A program made the translations under genes and the position numbers. A stretch of DNA of 64,000 nt from Scyliorhinus canicula (Eukaryota): assembly GCF_902713615.1 (NCBI RefSeq), contig NC_052162.1:103195811-103259810 (forward strand). The letters run 5' to 3'. The notes under the pieces are model-generated. The model made no database searches, was not told the origin of the DNA, and was given only the letters and a program-made list of their open reading frames with translations. Of this stretch, positions 46,953-59,394 are shown one piece after another (within the stretch, counting starts at the first letter, position 1; each line of letters begins with the position of its first letter).

Positions 46953-49175
46953 CCTATGTATCCACACCCTCTCCCTCACTTCATTGTACGCCCTCACCAG
47001 CAGTGGCCCCAAGTTTGCCCCACACTTTTCATAAAACTCGACCGGGAACACGTCTGGCCCCGGGGCCTTCCCTGCTTGCATCGCCCCTACACCATCCATC
47101 AACTCTCTCAATTAGGATCCCCAGCCCCTGAACGAGCCCCTCCTCCACTTTCTGAAACTCCAACCCATCCAGGATCCTCCGCTTCCCTCCTCCCTAGTCA
47201 GGGGCTCCGATGCGTAGAACCTCTGATAAAAGGCCTTCACCCCTTCCGGGTTCATCACCACCTTACCCTTATCAACCCTAAATCTACTAACCTCCCTCGC
47301 TTTCTCAACATCCTACTTTCTCAACATCTTACCCGTACACTGCACCTCTGACCATCCGCAGCTGACCCACCTCCTTCTCCATAGAAACTAGCCTGAACGC
47401 CATCAGGAGCCTCTGCCTCCAGCGCCTCAGAGTATCTCCTGTCCACCCTCAAAATCGCATCCACCAACCTTGCCCTCTCCTCGCTCCATCGAGTATACAC
47501 TCGATATGATATAAACTCCCCCCTGACTACTGCCTTGAGTGCCTCCCACAGCGTGGCAGCTGTGACCTCCCCCGTGTCGTTCAGCTCCAAGTAGCCCCAA
47601 ATGGCAGTCCTCACCCGCTCACACACCTCCTCATCCAGCCTCCACTGTGGCCATTGGGCCTCTCCCTAAGCCACACACAAATCAACCCAATGCGGCGCGT
47701 GGTCAGAAACTACAATCGCCGAACACTCGAGAGTCGGCCACCCTCGCCAGCAGCATCTTGTCCAACACAAAAAAGTGCACATGGTATAAGTATGAAAACT
47801 CCTTCGCCCCCGGCCTCCCAAACCTCCACGGGTCCACACCCCCTCAGCTCCCTCGCCACTGCCGACACCCTGGACAATTTGGGACTCGACCGGTCCAAGC
47901 TCAGATCTATGACCGTATTAAAATCATCCCCCATAATCAACAGATGCGAGTCCAAGTTCGGAATCTTCCTAAACGCTGCCTCATAAAATCCACGTTGTCC
48001 CTATTTGGGGCATAAACGTTTACCAGAACCCTTCAACTTCCCACTAACCATCACATATCTACCCTGCCGAATTCACCACAATACTTCCTACCTCGATCGC
48101 AACCTGCTTATTGACCAACACCGCCATCCCCTTGTCTTCATATCCAGCCCCAAATGGAACACCTGCCCCACCCATCCCTTTCTCAGCCTCATCTGATCCC
48201 CCCAATTTCAGGTGCGTCGCCTGCAAAAAAGTCACGTCTGCCTTCAAAATCCTTGTGTGCGTGAACACACGCAACTGTCTAACTGGCCCATTCAAAACCC
48301 TCACATTCCACGTGACCAGCCCGGCAACCACTCACTTCACTCCCGTTAACAAGCCCATCCACCCAGCTGGCATGGTGGCCCCGACAAAGTCCTTCAATCA
48401 CCCCATCTCCCTCCAGTTACACCCCTCCCCCGACAACCCCTAAAGAGTAACAAAAGGCACACTCATCATCACTGCTCCCCCGCCAGGACGTGCCCCGGAA
48501 TACCCACCCGCAAACATTTTAAAAAGTACATGAGGGTGGTCTTAATCCAATTGAACCCGGCACTTCTCTTCGCCAGCTCCGCACCCAGGTCCTGCTACAC
48601 CCGCAGCTCACTCCCTTCCCAGGTACACTTCTTGATCTGCCTCAACTTGATCTTCTCCTTGTGAAGAAAGCGGTGCAACCGTAGCACCATCGCACCTGGT
48701 GGCTCACCCGCCTTGGACCTCCTCCGCAGCGCCCTGTGTGCTCGGTCCACCTCCAGAAGGCCCCCTCCCCTATCCATCGCTCCAATATCCTTGCCACATA
48801 GACAGTGGCCTCCGCACCTTCGATGCCTTCAGGCATCCCGACAATCCTTACATTTTGCCACCTGGAACAATTATTCAGATCTCCATCTTCTCCCTCAGCC
48901 TCTTCTGGCTCTCTCGCTGCACTCCCACTGCTGCCACGAACGACGCCAACTGCTCGTTTTTCCCCACTGTCTCCTCCACTTTCTGGATCGCCTGACCCTG
49001 GGATTCCAGCCTCTGCTCAACTCGCTCAATCCCACATCTCTGCTGTTCTACCACCTTGGCCAGGTCTTCCAGGGCCTCTTTATAATGCTGCAGGAAGTTA
49101 TTGTTCAGTAACTTTACCAACTGCCCGTCACTCACTGGACAGGCAGCACCTTGTCCTCCGCCATCTTTACCTGTG

Positions 49176-52100
49176 ATGTGAAGATGCCGGCATTGGACTG
49201 GGGTGAGCACAGTAAGAAGTCTTACAACACCAGGTCAAAGTCCAACATGTTTGTTTCATAGACTAGCTTTTGGAACACTGCTCCTTCCTCAGGTCACCTA
49301 GTGTTTGAAAGGAACATGTTGGACTTAGAACATAGAACATCACAGCGCAGTACAGGCCCTTCGGCCCTCGGTGTTGTGCCGACCTGTGAAACCACTCTAA
49401 AGCCCATCTACACTATTCCCTTATCATTCATATGTTTATCCAATCACGATTTGAATGCCCTTAGTGTTGGCGAGTCCACTACTGTTGAAGGCAGGGCATT
49501 CCACGCCCTTACTACTCTCTGAGTAAAGAACCGACCTCTGACATCTGTCCGATATCTATCTCCCCTCAATTTAAAGCTATGTCCCAGACAGCACCATTCG
49601 AGGAAAAAGGCTCTCACTGTCCACCCTATCTAATCCTCTGATCATCTTGTATGCCTCAATTAAGTCACCTCTTAACCTCTCTAACGAAAATAGCCTCAAG
49701 TCCCTCAGCCTTCCCTCATAAGATCTTCCCTCCATACCTGGCAACATCCTGGTAAATCTCCTCTGCACCCTTTCCAATGCTTCCACATCCTTCCTATAAT
49801 GCGGCGACCAGAATTGCACGCAATACTCCAAATGCGGCCGCACCAGAGTTTTGTACAGCTACAACATGACCTCATGGCTCCGAAACTCAATCCCTCTACC
49901 AATAAAAACTAACACACCGTACGCCTTCTTAACAACCCTCTCAACCTGGGTGGCAACTTTCAGGGATCTATGTACATGGACACCGAGATCTCTCTGCTCG
50001 TCCACACTACCAAGAATCTTACCATTAGCCCAATACTCTATCTTCCTGTTATTCCTTCCAAAATGAATCACCTCACACTTTTCTGCATTAAACTCCATTT
50101 GCCACCTCTCAGCCCAGCTCTGCAGCTTATCTATGTCCTTTGTAACTTGTAACATCCTTCTGCACTGTCCACAACTCCACCGACTTTAGTGTCGTCTGCA
50201 AATTTACTCACCCATCCTTCTACGCCCTCCTCCAGGTCATTTATAAAAATGACAAACAGCAGTGGCCCCAAAACAGATCCTTGGGGTCCACCACTAGTAA
50301 CTGGACTCCAGGCTGAACATTTCCCATCAACCACCTGCCTCTGTCTTCGTACAGCGAGCCAATTTCTGATCCAAACTGCTAAATCACCCTGAATCCCATG
50401 CCTCCGTATTTTCTGAAATAGCTTACTGTGGGGAACCTTATCAAATGCTTTATTGAAATCCATATACACCACATCAACTGCTTTACCCTCGTCCATCTGT
50501 TTGGTCACCTTCTCAAAGAACTCAATAAGGTTTGTGAGGCATGACCAAATGAGGCATGACAAAACCGTGTTGACTATCCCTAATCAAATTATTCCTTTCT
50601 AGATGATTATAAATCTTATCACTTTTATAAACATTTCCAAGACTTTGCCCACAACAGAAGTAAGGCTCACTGGTCTATAGTTACCGGGGTTGTCTCTACT
50701 CCCCTTCTTGAACAAGGGGACAACATTTGCTATCCTCCAGTCTTCTGGCACTATTCCTGTAGACAATAATGACATGAAGATCAAAGCCAAAGGCTCAGCA
50801 ATCTCCTCCCTAGCTTCCCAGAGAATCGTGGGATAAATCCCATCCGGCCCAAGGGACTTATCTATTTTCACACTTTCCAGAATTGCTAACACCTCCTGCT
50901 TATGAACCTCAAGCCCATTCTAGTCTCGTACCCTAGTCATTCTTTTATTCCTGACAGATCTATAGAAAGTTTTAGGGTTATCGTTGATCCTACCTGCCAA
51001 AGACGTCTCACGTCCCCTCCTGGCCCTTCTTAGCTCTCTCTTTGGGTCCTTCCTAGCTAACTTGTAACTCTTGAGCGCCCTAACTGAACCTTCACGTCTC
51101 ATCTTTACATAAGCCTCCTTCTTCCTCTTGACAAGTGTTTCAACTACTTTAGTAAACCACGGTTCCCTCGCTCGACCACTTCCTCGCTGCCTGACAGTTC
51201 CATACTTATCAAGGACACGCAGTAGCTGTTCCTTGAACAAGCTCCACATTTCAATTGTGCCCATCCCCTGCAGTTTCCTTCCCCATCCGATGCATCCGAG
51301 GTCTTGCCTCGTCGCATCATAATTGCCTTTCCCCCGGATATAACTCTTGCCCTGCGGTATATACCTATCCCTTTCCATCACTAAAGTAAACGTAATCGAA
51401 TTGTGGTCACTATCACCAAAGTGCTCACCAACCTCCAAATCTAACACCTGTCCTGGTTCATTACCCAATACCAAATCCAATATGGCCTCGCCTCTTGTTG
51501 GCCTATCTACATATTGTGTCAGGAAACCTTCCTGCACACATTGGACAAAAATGGACCCATCTAAAGTACTCGAACTATTGCGTTTCCAGTCAATATTTGG
51601 AAAGTTAAAGTCCCCCATAACAACTACCCTGTTACTTTCGCTCCTATCCAGAATCATCTTTGCAATCCTTTCCTCTACACCTCTGGAACTTTTCGGAGGC
51701 CTATAGAAAACCCCTAACAGGGTGACCTCTCTTTTCGTGTTTCTAACCTCAGCCCATACTACCTCAGTAGACGAGTCCTCATCAAACGTTCTTTCTGCCA
51801 CCGTAATACTGTGCCAGAGACCTGTACCCCATGGCTTACCCCGGTAAGTTTCCCCCCCCCCCCCCCCAAAACAGTATCCAAAGCGGTATACTTGTTACTA
51901 GGGGGAACGACCACGGGATCCCTGTACTGACTGCTTCCTCGCAGCCCTTCTCACCGTCACCCATATATCTTTATTCTTTGGAGTAACTACATTCCTGAAG
52001 CCTCTATCTATGACCACCTCTGCCTCCCGAACGATCCAAAGTTCATCCAGCTCCAGTTCCCTAACACGGATTCTGAGGAGCTGGAGATGGGTGCTCTTCC

Positions 52101-52508
52101 CACAGATGAAATCAGCAGAGACACTGACGGCGTCCCTCACCTCAAACATTCTGCAGGAGGAACATTGCACTGCCTTCCCTGCCATCCCCTCTAGATAAAA
52201 CAAGAAAAAGAAAAGAAGAGCTTACCTGATATTCACTCAACCCCTTAGGTTAGAGGAGGTGGAAGGGTGGGGGACACTACAAGTGTAGTGTCTCGGGTTT
52301 AGAAACTGCCCAACTTATATACAGGTACTAACAAATCTTCCCAGAAACCCCCACGGCCGACTTCCTGCAGCTCTAAAGGTAAGTTTTTAAAGAGGTAAAC
52401 TTAACTTCCCAACAGGACACTGCTCCCGCCGAAAATCTGAAGGCCGCTTCTCCTGCAAGGTAAGTTTTTAAAGGTTAAACTTAACCTGGTGTTGTAAGAC
52501 GTCTCACT
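49176..52508. mobile_element. Penelope-type terminal repeat copy B with inverted segment and 13-bp TSD, split by CR1 no.4
   Basis: Reverse copy 49176-49298; forward partial copy 49299-49326 plus 52481-52508; TSD atctttacctgtg at 49163-49175 and 52509-52521. Confidence 0.75.
49327..52480 (-). mobile_element. CR1 LINE no.4 with internal deletions
   Basis: ORF1 N-terminus MAGKAVQCSSC (ORF 52203-51898) joined directly to ORF2 EN near 51810; ORF2 pieces 51801-50920, 50892-50599, 50562-50131, 50155-49859; (gttctat)n tail at 49327. Confidence 0.92.
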
Positions 52509-53781
52509 ATCTTTACCTGTGGCACACGACAAATACTCTCCTGCTCCCGCTGCTCTTTCCTGCACTGGCGGATCCATCCACCAGCCACACCAGAGGAGTA
52601 TTAGCTTCCCAGGGCACTCCTGTATCTTTTGCCCTCAAATACTACACCTTTTGGGCAGGAAAAGACCAAAATAAATCCGCCTTGAGCGGGAGCCACCAAA
52701 TATGTGACCACCCACTCCATGACCGCCACCGGAAGTCTACCTAGTTCTTTCGTTCCAACAGAAATGTTTGGCTGTTCTCAATTTCTATCCCGGGTGACAG
52801 TAATATCTGAGGTTAGGTGGGTTACTGGGTTACGGGGATAGGGAGCTCTTTCCAAGGGCCGGTATAGACTCCATGGGCGGAATGGCCTCCTTCTGCATTG
52901 TACATTCTATGATTCTCCCATCGCCATTTATCTCTTGCACCAAATGTTAAATCTGTGTCTCATAATCATTTAGCTATTAGCTATTAAGGAAGCCTTTTTC
53001 CTTGTCTAGCTTACTTTCCTTACCTAAACCCACCATTAACTTGTACACTGCTATCAAATTGCCATTCAATCTACTTTGTTTCAAGGAGAACAGACCTGGT
53101 TTCCTTGACCACAGTGATAGATGTGTGTGCCATCTATAAAATGCACTGCACCGACTCGCCAAGCCTCGTCCTGCAGCACCGTCCAAATCTGTGACCTCTA
53201 CCACTTGAGAGGACAAAGGGCAGAAAATACACAGGATTTCCACCACCTGCAAGTTCCACTCCATGTCACACAACATCCTGACCTGGAACTACATCGCGGT
53301 GTATGACTCGGAGGAGAACCTGGGAATGAGGGTGTTCACATACACCTATCCTGCTCCTCTGCGTGGTGGAGATTGAGGGTTTGGGAGACTGTGTCAGAAT
53401 TCTGGTGAAAAGGTGACTATATAAAATCCCTTTGCTTCCCCACCCCCTCTCTTTTTTCTCCTACCCTCTCCGGCCGTGTGGGCCAAAGTCTTATTGGGTT
53501 CCCTTCCCTGAAGGATATTAGTGAACTCGTTGGGTTTTTAAAACAATCTAGCAGCTTTCATGATCACTTTTTCCTCATGCCGGTCCCACATTCAGCTCAA
53601 TTTCACAACCAGCCTTTGTGTTTTTGTGGTTCTCTCTCACTCCCTTTTTTCTGTTTTAAATCAATTTCACAGGGGATTAGAAGGAGAGGATTTTCAGTTG
53701 GGAAACTGAAACCAAACATCACATCAGGATCTGACAGGGTCTTTAGATTTATCAGGACCTGAAGATCATCAGCCTTTGAAC

Positions 53782-54903
53782 ATGGAAGGAAAAAGCACCA
53801 TTCACACTGGGAATAAAATATGGAAATGCGGGGATTGTGGGAAGGGATTCAGTTATCCGTCCAAGATGGAAATTCATCAGTGCAGTCGCACTGCAGAGAG
53901 ACCGTTCACCTGTTCTGAGTGTCGGAAGGGATTCACTCGGTCATCACACCTGCAGGCACACCAGCGAGTTCACACTGACGAGAGACCTTTTAAATGTCCA
54001 GACTGTGGGAAGTGTTTTAAAACTTCCAGGGAACTTATGATCCATCAACGCGTTCACAGTGACGAGAAACTTTTCAGGTGTCCTGAATGTGGGACTGGGT
54101 TCAAGACATCATCTAATCTCACTGTACACCAGCGTGTTCACACTGGGGAGAGGCCTTTCACCTGCTCAGAGTGTGGGAAGGGATTCAGCCAGTTATCTAC
54201 CCTGCAGAAACACCAGCGAGTGCACACTGGGGAGAAGCCATTCACTTGCTCAGAGTGTGGGATGCAATTCAATAATTCAACCAATCTGCAGACACACCAG
54301 CAAGTTCACACTGATGAGAGACCGTATCAATGCTCAGACTGTGGGAAGTGCTTTAAAAGTTCTGTGGCGCTGATGCACCATCAACGTGTTCACACTGATG
54401 AGAGACCCTTCAGGTGCTCTCAATGTGGAACTGGGTTCAGGCGATCATCTGACCTCACTAAACACCAACGCACTCACACTGGGGAGAGACCGTTCACATG
54501 CCCTGAGTGTGGGAAGGGATTTACTCAGTCATCTGCCCTGCGTACACACCAGCGAGTTCACACTGGAGAAAGACCATTCACCTGCTCCGAGTGTGGAAAA
54601 GGATTCACTCTGTCGTCTGACCTGCTGAGACATCAGCGGGTTCACACTGACGAGAGACCTTTTAAATGCCAAGACTGTGTGAGGTGTTATAATAGTTCCC
54701 AGGAACTGATGTCCCATCAACGGGTTCACACTGATGAGAGACCATTCAGCTGCTCTCACTGTAAGACTAGTTTCAGGCAATTATCTCAACTCACTGTACA
54801 CCAGCGAATTCATACGGGGGAGAGACCGTTCACCTGCTGTGTGTGTGGCAAGGGGTTTACTCAGTCATCCCACCTGCGGAGACATCAGCGAGTTCACAAG
54901 TAA
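53782..54903 (+). CDS. C2H2 zinc-finger protein, 12 intact plus 1 degenerate finger, no KRAB domain seen
   Basis: Tandem CxxC-x12-HxxxH units with TGERPF/TDERPF linkers; ATG at 53782; splice acceptor ttcacag| at 53672; AATAAA at 55017 and 55028. Confidence 0.9.
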   Translation: MEGKSTIHTGNKIWKCGDCGKGFSYPSKMEIHQCSRTAERPFTCSECRKGFTRSSHLQAHQRVHTDERPFKCPDCGKCFKTSRELMIHQRVHSDEKLFRCPECGTGFKTSSNLTVHQRVHTGERPFTCSECGKGFSQLSTLQKHQRVHTGEKPFTCSECGMQFNNSTNLQTHQQVHTDERPYQCSDCGKCFKSSVALMHHQRVHTDERPFRCSQCGTGFRRSSDLTKHQRTHTGERPFTCPECGKGFTQSSALRTHQRVHTGERPFTCSECGKGFTLSSDLLRHQRVHTDERPFKCQDCVRCYNSSQELMSHQRVHTDERPFSCSHCKTSFRQLSQLTVHQRIHTGERPFTCCVCGKGFTQSSHLRRHQRVHK

Positions 54904-55347
54904 CTACAGTGATTGAATTTTGCTGTTGATAACATCCAGGGTTGAACAGTGTTCATTTCAGACTCGTCCTGCTAATGTCAATTATCTCCAACTTAGACAT
55001 ATGTGTTAATGTTCTGAATAAAAGTCAAATAAATCAGCTTTATTAAACAGTGTATCAAGTCTTTTTAATATCCCTGACGCACGTTTGTTCCTTTTGAAGG
55101 ATTCTCCCTCTCCCCTGTCTCCTCCATTCTCACCTCCAACAAGTGTGAGGAGCTAAAGCATCTTCTTTGTAACTAAGATTGAGACAATCTGATCAGCTAC
55201 CTTTACTGTTTCCCCCCCTTCCATGATTCCACCATGACAAAGGGCCTCTAAAGTTCTGCCTTGTCTGAGCCCTGAACACGCATCTTATCTTGTATTTAAT
55301 TTCTCATCTTTCCTCATGCTGTCTCAGTGCTCATCTTGTCCATGTTT

Positions 55348-55667
55348 CATAGAATTTACAGTGCAGAAGGAGGCCATTCGGCCCATCGAGTCTACACCGG
55401 CTCTTGGAAAGAGCACCCGACCCAAGGTCAACACCCTATCCCCATAACCCAGTAACCCCACCCAACACTAAGGGCAATTTATCATGGCCAATCCACCTAA
55501 CCTGCACATCTTTGGACTGTGGGAGGAAACCGGAGCACCCGGAGGAAACCCACGCACACACGGGGAGGATGTGCAGACTCCGCACAGACAGTGACCCAAG
55601 CCGGAATCAAACCTGGGACCCTGGAGCTGTGAAGCAATTATGCTATCCACAATGCTACTGTGCTGCA
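55348..55667 (-). mobile_element. HE1 V-SINE
   Basis: Near identical to 8025-8382. Confidence 0.9.
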
Positions 55668-56394
55668 AATGTGACCCACCTCTTGCTCCATATTCCCCCA
55701 AAACTGCTGACCAACCAACTTCCTCACGTTTGCTGGTATTGTTAAAGGTTCTGTTTCTTTAGGTCCTGCTCCTCTCTTATGCAAGCTCTGACATCTGTCA
55801 TTGTTTCCCTGTCCTCAAAATACATCTAATACTTCACTCCTTCGTTTTTTTCAAATTATCAACCAAGCTCCAACCTCACATTACTGTCCAAAATCCTTAC
55901 ATTTATTGTATTCTCCCAAATCCGTGTGCATTTTTCCAGACCTCTGAATCACTTCAGTCATGTTTCTTTCTACCCCCGCCCCAGTACTTACTGAACCAGC
56001 TCTTATCAAACTGACCAATGACATCCTTTGTGACTGTGACAAACGGACAGTCCCTTCTCGACCTGTCTGTGGTGGATTTCCCTCTCTCAGCCCCTGGGTT
56101 TTATCTATTGTTCTGAATGCTGAAAGTATGAAACTTCTCCCTAACCTGTCCTAACCCTTCTGCTGGTTCATTTATTAAAACCAACTCTCCTTGTTCTAAT
56201 GGAGACATTCCCTGTTAGCCCTTGAATATTTTGCACATTGTTCCACCATGTAAATAAAATAAATAAACATGGAGTCACATTTCAGTTACAAATGTTGAAA
56301 TGTTTGCTCTTCATCCACATCTGTTTAAAGCCACAAACACAAAGGTCCACTTTTCTCCAGGAATTTCACACCCATCAGTTTTCAGATTAATGCA

Positions 56395-56594
56395 GAGTTT
56401 CAGCCAATGAGTGAAATCTTGGTTGGAGGACCAGTCGCCCACTCCGTTCGGTCCTCCAGCTCCGCCTCTCATTCACTCCGATTGGTTGGAGGATCGGTCC
56501 TCCAGTCCCGCCCCGTCCTCTCCCTGTTGGTCCGGAACTGCTATCAATCATTTTGAGCTGGAGGATGCACAATCCGTGGAGACAAACGGTGAGA
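56395..56594 (+). promoter_or_regulatory. promoter and non-coding first exon of the second ZNF gene
   Basis: CCAAT boxes (cagccaatga 56401; cgattggtt ~56480), GC box cccgcccc (~56507), donor acg|gtgaga at 56588/56589; acceptor ttacag| at 57735. Confidence 0.6.
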
Positions 56595-58001
56595 GCTAAA
56601 CTGAGGTGATTTAAATTGCGGGCTTTACAAACATCGAGTGCGGATCTGGAGTCGAAAATAGACCTGAGTGTAGTAGGGGGTGGGGGTCATAAACTCACAA
56701 TGTCAGCACCAAAAGCCTCAGGAAAGACATATCGGTCCCGTCTGACCAAACAGTGACCTCAGGCTATTCACCGGAAACAGGCCCGAGGTAACCGCCGCCA
56801 CCTTTAGGTGGGGGTGGGGGTGGGGGCGAGGAAGAGAGAGGCTGTGCGACTTCTATCTCAGAGGCAATGGGCTAAATAGCGTTCGAACTGATTTCATCTC
56901 GAGTTCCCAAGGAACTGGTATCGAGTGTGGATTGGAGCATGTATTGAAAACTCTTCAGTCTGTTCAATATTGAATTAATCTTTCTGTCACAAGTAGGCTT
57001 ACATTAACAGCGCAATGAAGTTACTGTGAAAAGCCCCTAGTCGCCACATTCCAGCGCCTGTTCGGGTACACAGAGGGAGAATTCAGAATGTCCAAAATAC
57101 CTAACAGCATGCCTTTCAGGACTTGTGGGAGGAAACTGGAGCACCCGGAGGAAACCCACACAGACATGGGGGCGATGTGTAGACTCCACACAAATAGTGA
57201 CCCAAGCTGGGAATTGACCCCGGTGCTATGAAGCAACAGTGCTAACTACTGTGTTACCGTGCCACCCATATTTAATTATAGTTAATTAGTCATTAGGATT
57301 AAAACCATAATGGACAGTGAGACTGACCCCAGGTTTAACTTAGTTAGAGAGGGAGAGAAAGAAGGAAGGAAACCCTGGGAGATTTGGAGAAGCCACCTTC
57401 ACCATTGCTCACTAAAGCTCCCCACAGTAAGTGTTGGACACAAGGTTAACGTCTGCTGTTCCGTGTGGTCGGTCAGGCGGTTCCAGATTAATGTTTTGTC
57501 ATGAGTGATGACTAAAGTGGATGATCAAACATATTGTTATCTCTAGTTGTACAAATTTGTTAAAATGATACAGAAAAAATTGCCCAAAACCTTGTTTAGA
57601 GGAGGGAGAATGTGTGGGACGGATATTTGCAGCTCTCACAGAACATGAGAGGGAAAATAATTCCATAGCAACTAGGATTTGTTCTAAATTTCTTTTTGTA
57701 CTGACAATGATAACTTTTGTAAACTAATCTTACAGGGAATTAGAAAGGAAGAATTTGCAAACGGGAGACTCAAACCAAACATAACGTCAAGATCTGACCG
57801 AGTCACTCGATATAAATCATCGGCCTTTGAAAGTGGAAGAAGTATTCTTCTTTGAAGAGCTTTAATCAGTTACACTGTCTGAAAAAAAATCACACCACTC
57901 AGAGCGGAGGGAAACCGTGCACGTGTTCTATGTGTGCAACAGTTTTTTTAAATTAAAAAAACTTTTCAACTGATCATCCAACTTGGATAGATACATGGAC
58001 G

Positions 58002-59345
58002 ATGGAGAAACCATGGAAATGTGTGGGCTGTGGGAAAGGATTCAACTATCCATCCATGTTGGAAAAGCATCGGCGCACTCATACTGGGGAGAGGCCGTTC
58101 ATCTGCTCAGAGTGTGGGAAGGGATTCACTCAGTCATCCAACCTGCTGAGACATCAGAAGTTTCATACTGGGGAGAGGCCGTTCATCTGCCCTGAGTGTG
58201 GGAAAGGTTTCACTCAGCTATCCAACCTGCTGAGACACCAGCGACTTCACACTGGAGAGAGACCATTCACCTGCCTTGTTTGTGGGAAAGGATTCGCTGG
58301 ATCTTCTGACCTGCTGAAGCACCAAAGAATCCACACTGAGGAGAAGCCATTCAGCTGCACTTCCTGCGGAAAGAGATTCAATTCTTCAGCCGAACACACT
58401 GTTCACCAGCGACTTCATACAGGGGAGAGGCCGTTCAGCTGTACTTCCTGTGGAAAGAGTTTCCGGTCTTCATCTCACCTCAGTGCACACCAACTAATTC
58501 ACACTGAGGAGAGGCCATTCAGCTGTACTTCCTGTGAAAAGAGATTCAGGTCTTTATTCAACCTCAAAACACACCAGCAAGTTCACACGGAGAAGTCTTT
58601 CAGCTGTACTTTATGTGAAAAGAGATTCTGGTCTTCATCCAACCTCAAAGTACACCAGCGAGTTCACACTGGAGAGAGGCCATTCATCTGTCCTGTATGT
58701 GGGAAAGGTTTCACTAGGGCTTTCGACCTGCAGAAGCACCAGCGAATTCATACAGAGGAGAGGCCGTTCAGCTGTACTTCCTGTGGAAAGAGATTCAGGT
58801 CCTCATCTCAACTCGGTGCACACCAGCGAGTTCACACTGAGGAGAAGCCATTCAGCTGTACTTCCTGTGGAAAGAGATTCAGGTCTTCATTCAACCTCAA
58901 AGCACACCAGCGAGTTCATACTGAGGAGAAGTTTTTCAGTTGTACTTCCTGTGAAAAGAGATTCAGGTCTTCATCTGGTCTCAAAGCGCACCAGCGAGTT
59001 CACACTGCAGAGGGATCATTCACTTGTCCACTATGTGGGCAAGGTTTCATTAGGTCTTTTGACCTGCGGAAGCACCAACAAATTCATGCTGAAGAAAGGC
59101 CGATCAACTGTACTTCTTGTGGAAAGAGATTCAGGTCTTCCTCCAACCTCAAAGTACACCAGCGAGTTCACACTGGGAAGAGGCTGTTCAACTGTTCTGA
59201 GTGTGGGAAGGGATTTACTCGGTCATCGCACCTGCTGACACACTGGCGAGTTCACACGGGAGAGAGACCGTTCACCTGCTCTGAGTGTGGGAAGGGATTC
59301 ACTCAGTCATCCCACCTGCTGAGGCACCAGCGAGTTCACAAATGA
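58002..59345 (+). CDS. C2H2 zinc-finger protein, 16 fingers, no KRAB domain seen
   Basis: 447-aa uninterrupted ORF of tandem C2H2 units. Confidence 0.92.
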   Translation: MEKPWKCVGCGKGFNYPSMLEKHRRTHTGERPFICSECGKGFTQSSNLLRHQKFHTGERPFICPECGKGFTQLSNLLRHQRLHTGERPFTCLVCGKGFAGSSDLLKHQRIHTEEKPFSCTSCGKRFNSSAEHTVHQRLHTGERPFSCTSCGKSFRSSSHLSAHQLIHTEERPFSCTSCEKRFRSLFNLKTHQQVHTEKSFSCTLCEKRFWSSSNLKVHQRVHTGERPFICPVCGKGFTRAFDLQKHQRIHTEERPFSCTSCGKRFRSSSQLGAHQRVHTEEKPFSCTSCGKRFRSSFNLKAHQRVHTEEKFFSCTSCEKRFRSSSGLKAHQRVHTAEGSFTCPLCGQGFIRSFDLRKHQQIHAEERPINCTSCGKRFRSSSNLKVHQRVHTGKRLFNCSECGKGFTRSSHLLTHWRVHTGERPFTCSECGKGFTQSSHLLRHQRVHK

Positions 59346-59394
59346 TTACAGGGATTGGATTTTGCTGTTATTGTTGCTGTTAATAATATCCAGA

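Larger units (their letters stand above)
41770..52738 (-). mobile_element. large fragmented L1-clade LINE hosting nested insertions
   Basis: 5' UTR starts gacttccggt near 52738; ORF1 pieces 48595-49110 (EVDRAHRAL); EN VTWNVRVLNGP (ORF 48059-48331); RT KAPGPDVFPVEFY (ORF 46923-47111); C-terminal CSSSNVRLSHIQFKVVY-like region (ORF 41832-42101). Confidence 0.85.

Noticed and set aside
53837-59238. Alternative-frame ORFs overlapping the ZNF CDSs (TSEFTL repeats)
   Set aside because: Frame-shifted shadows of the repetitive C2H2 codons
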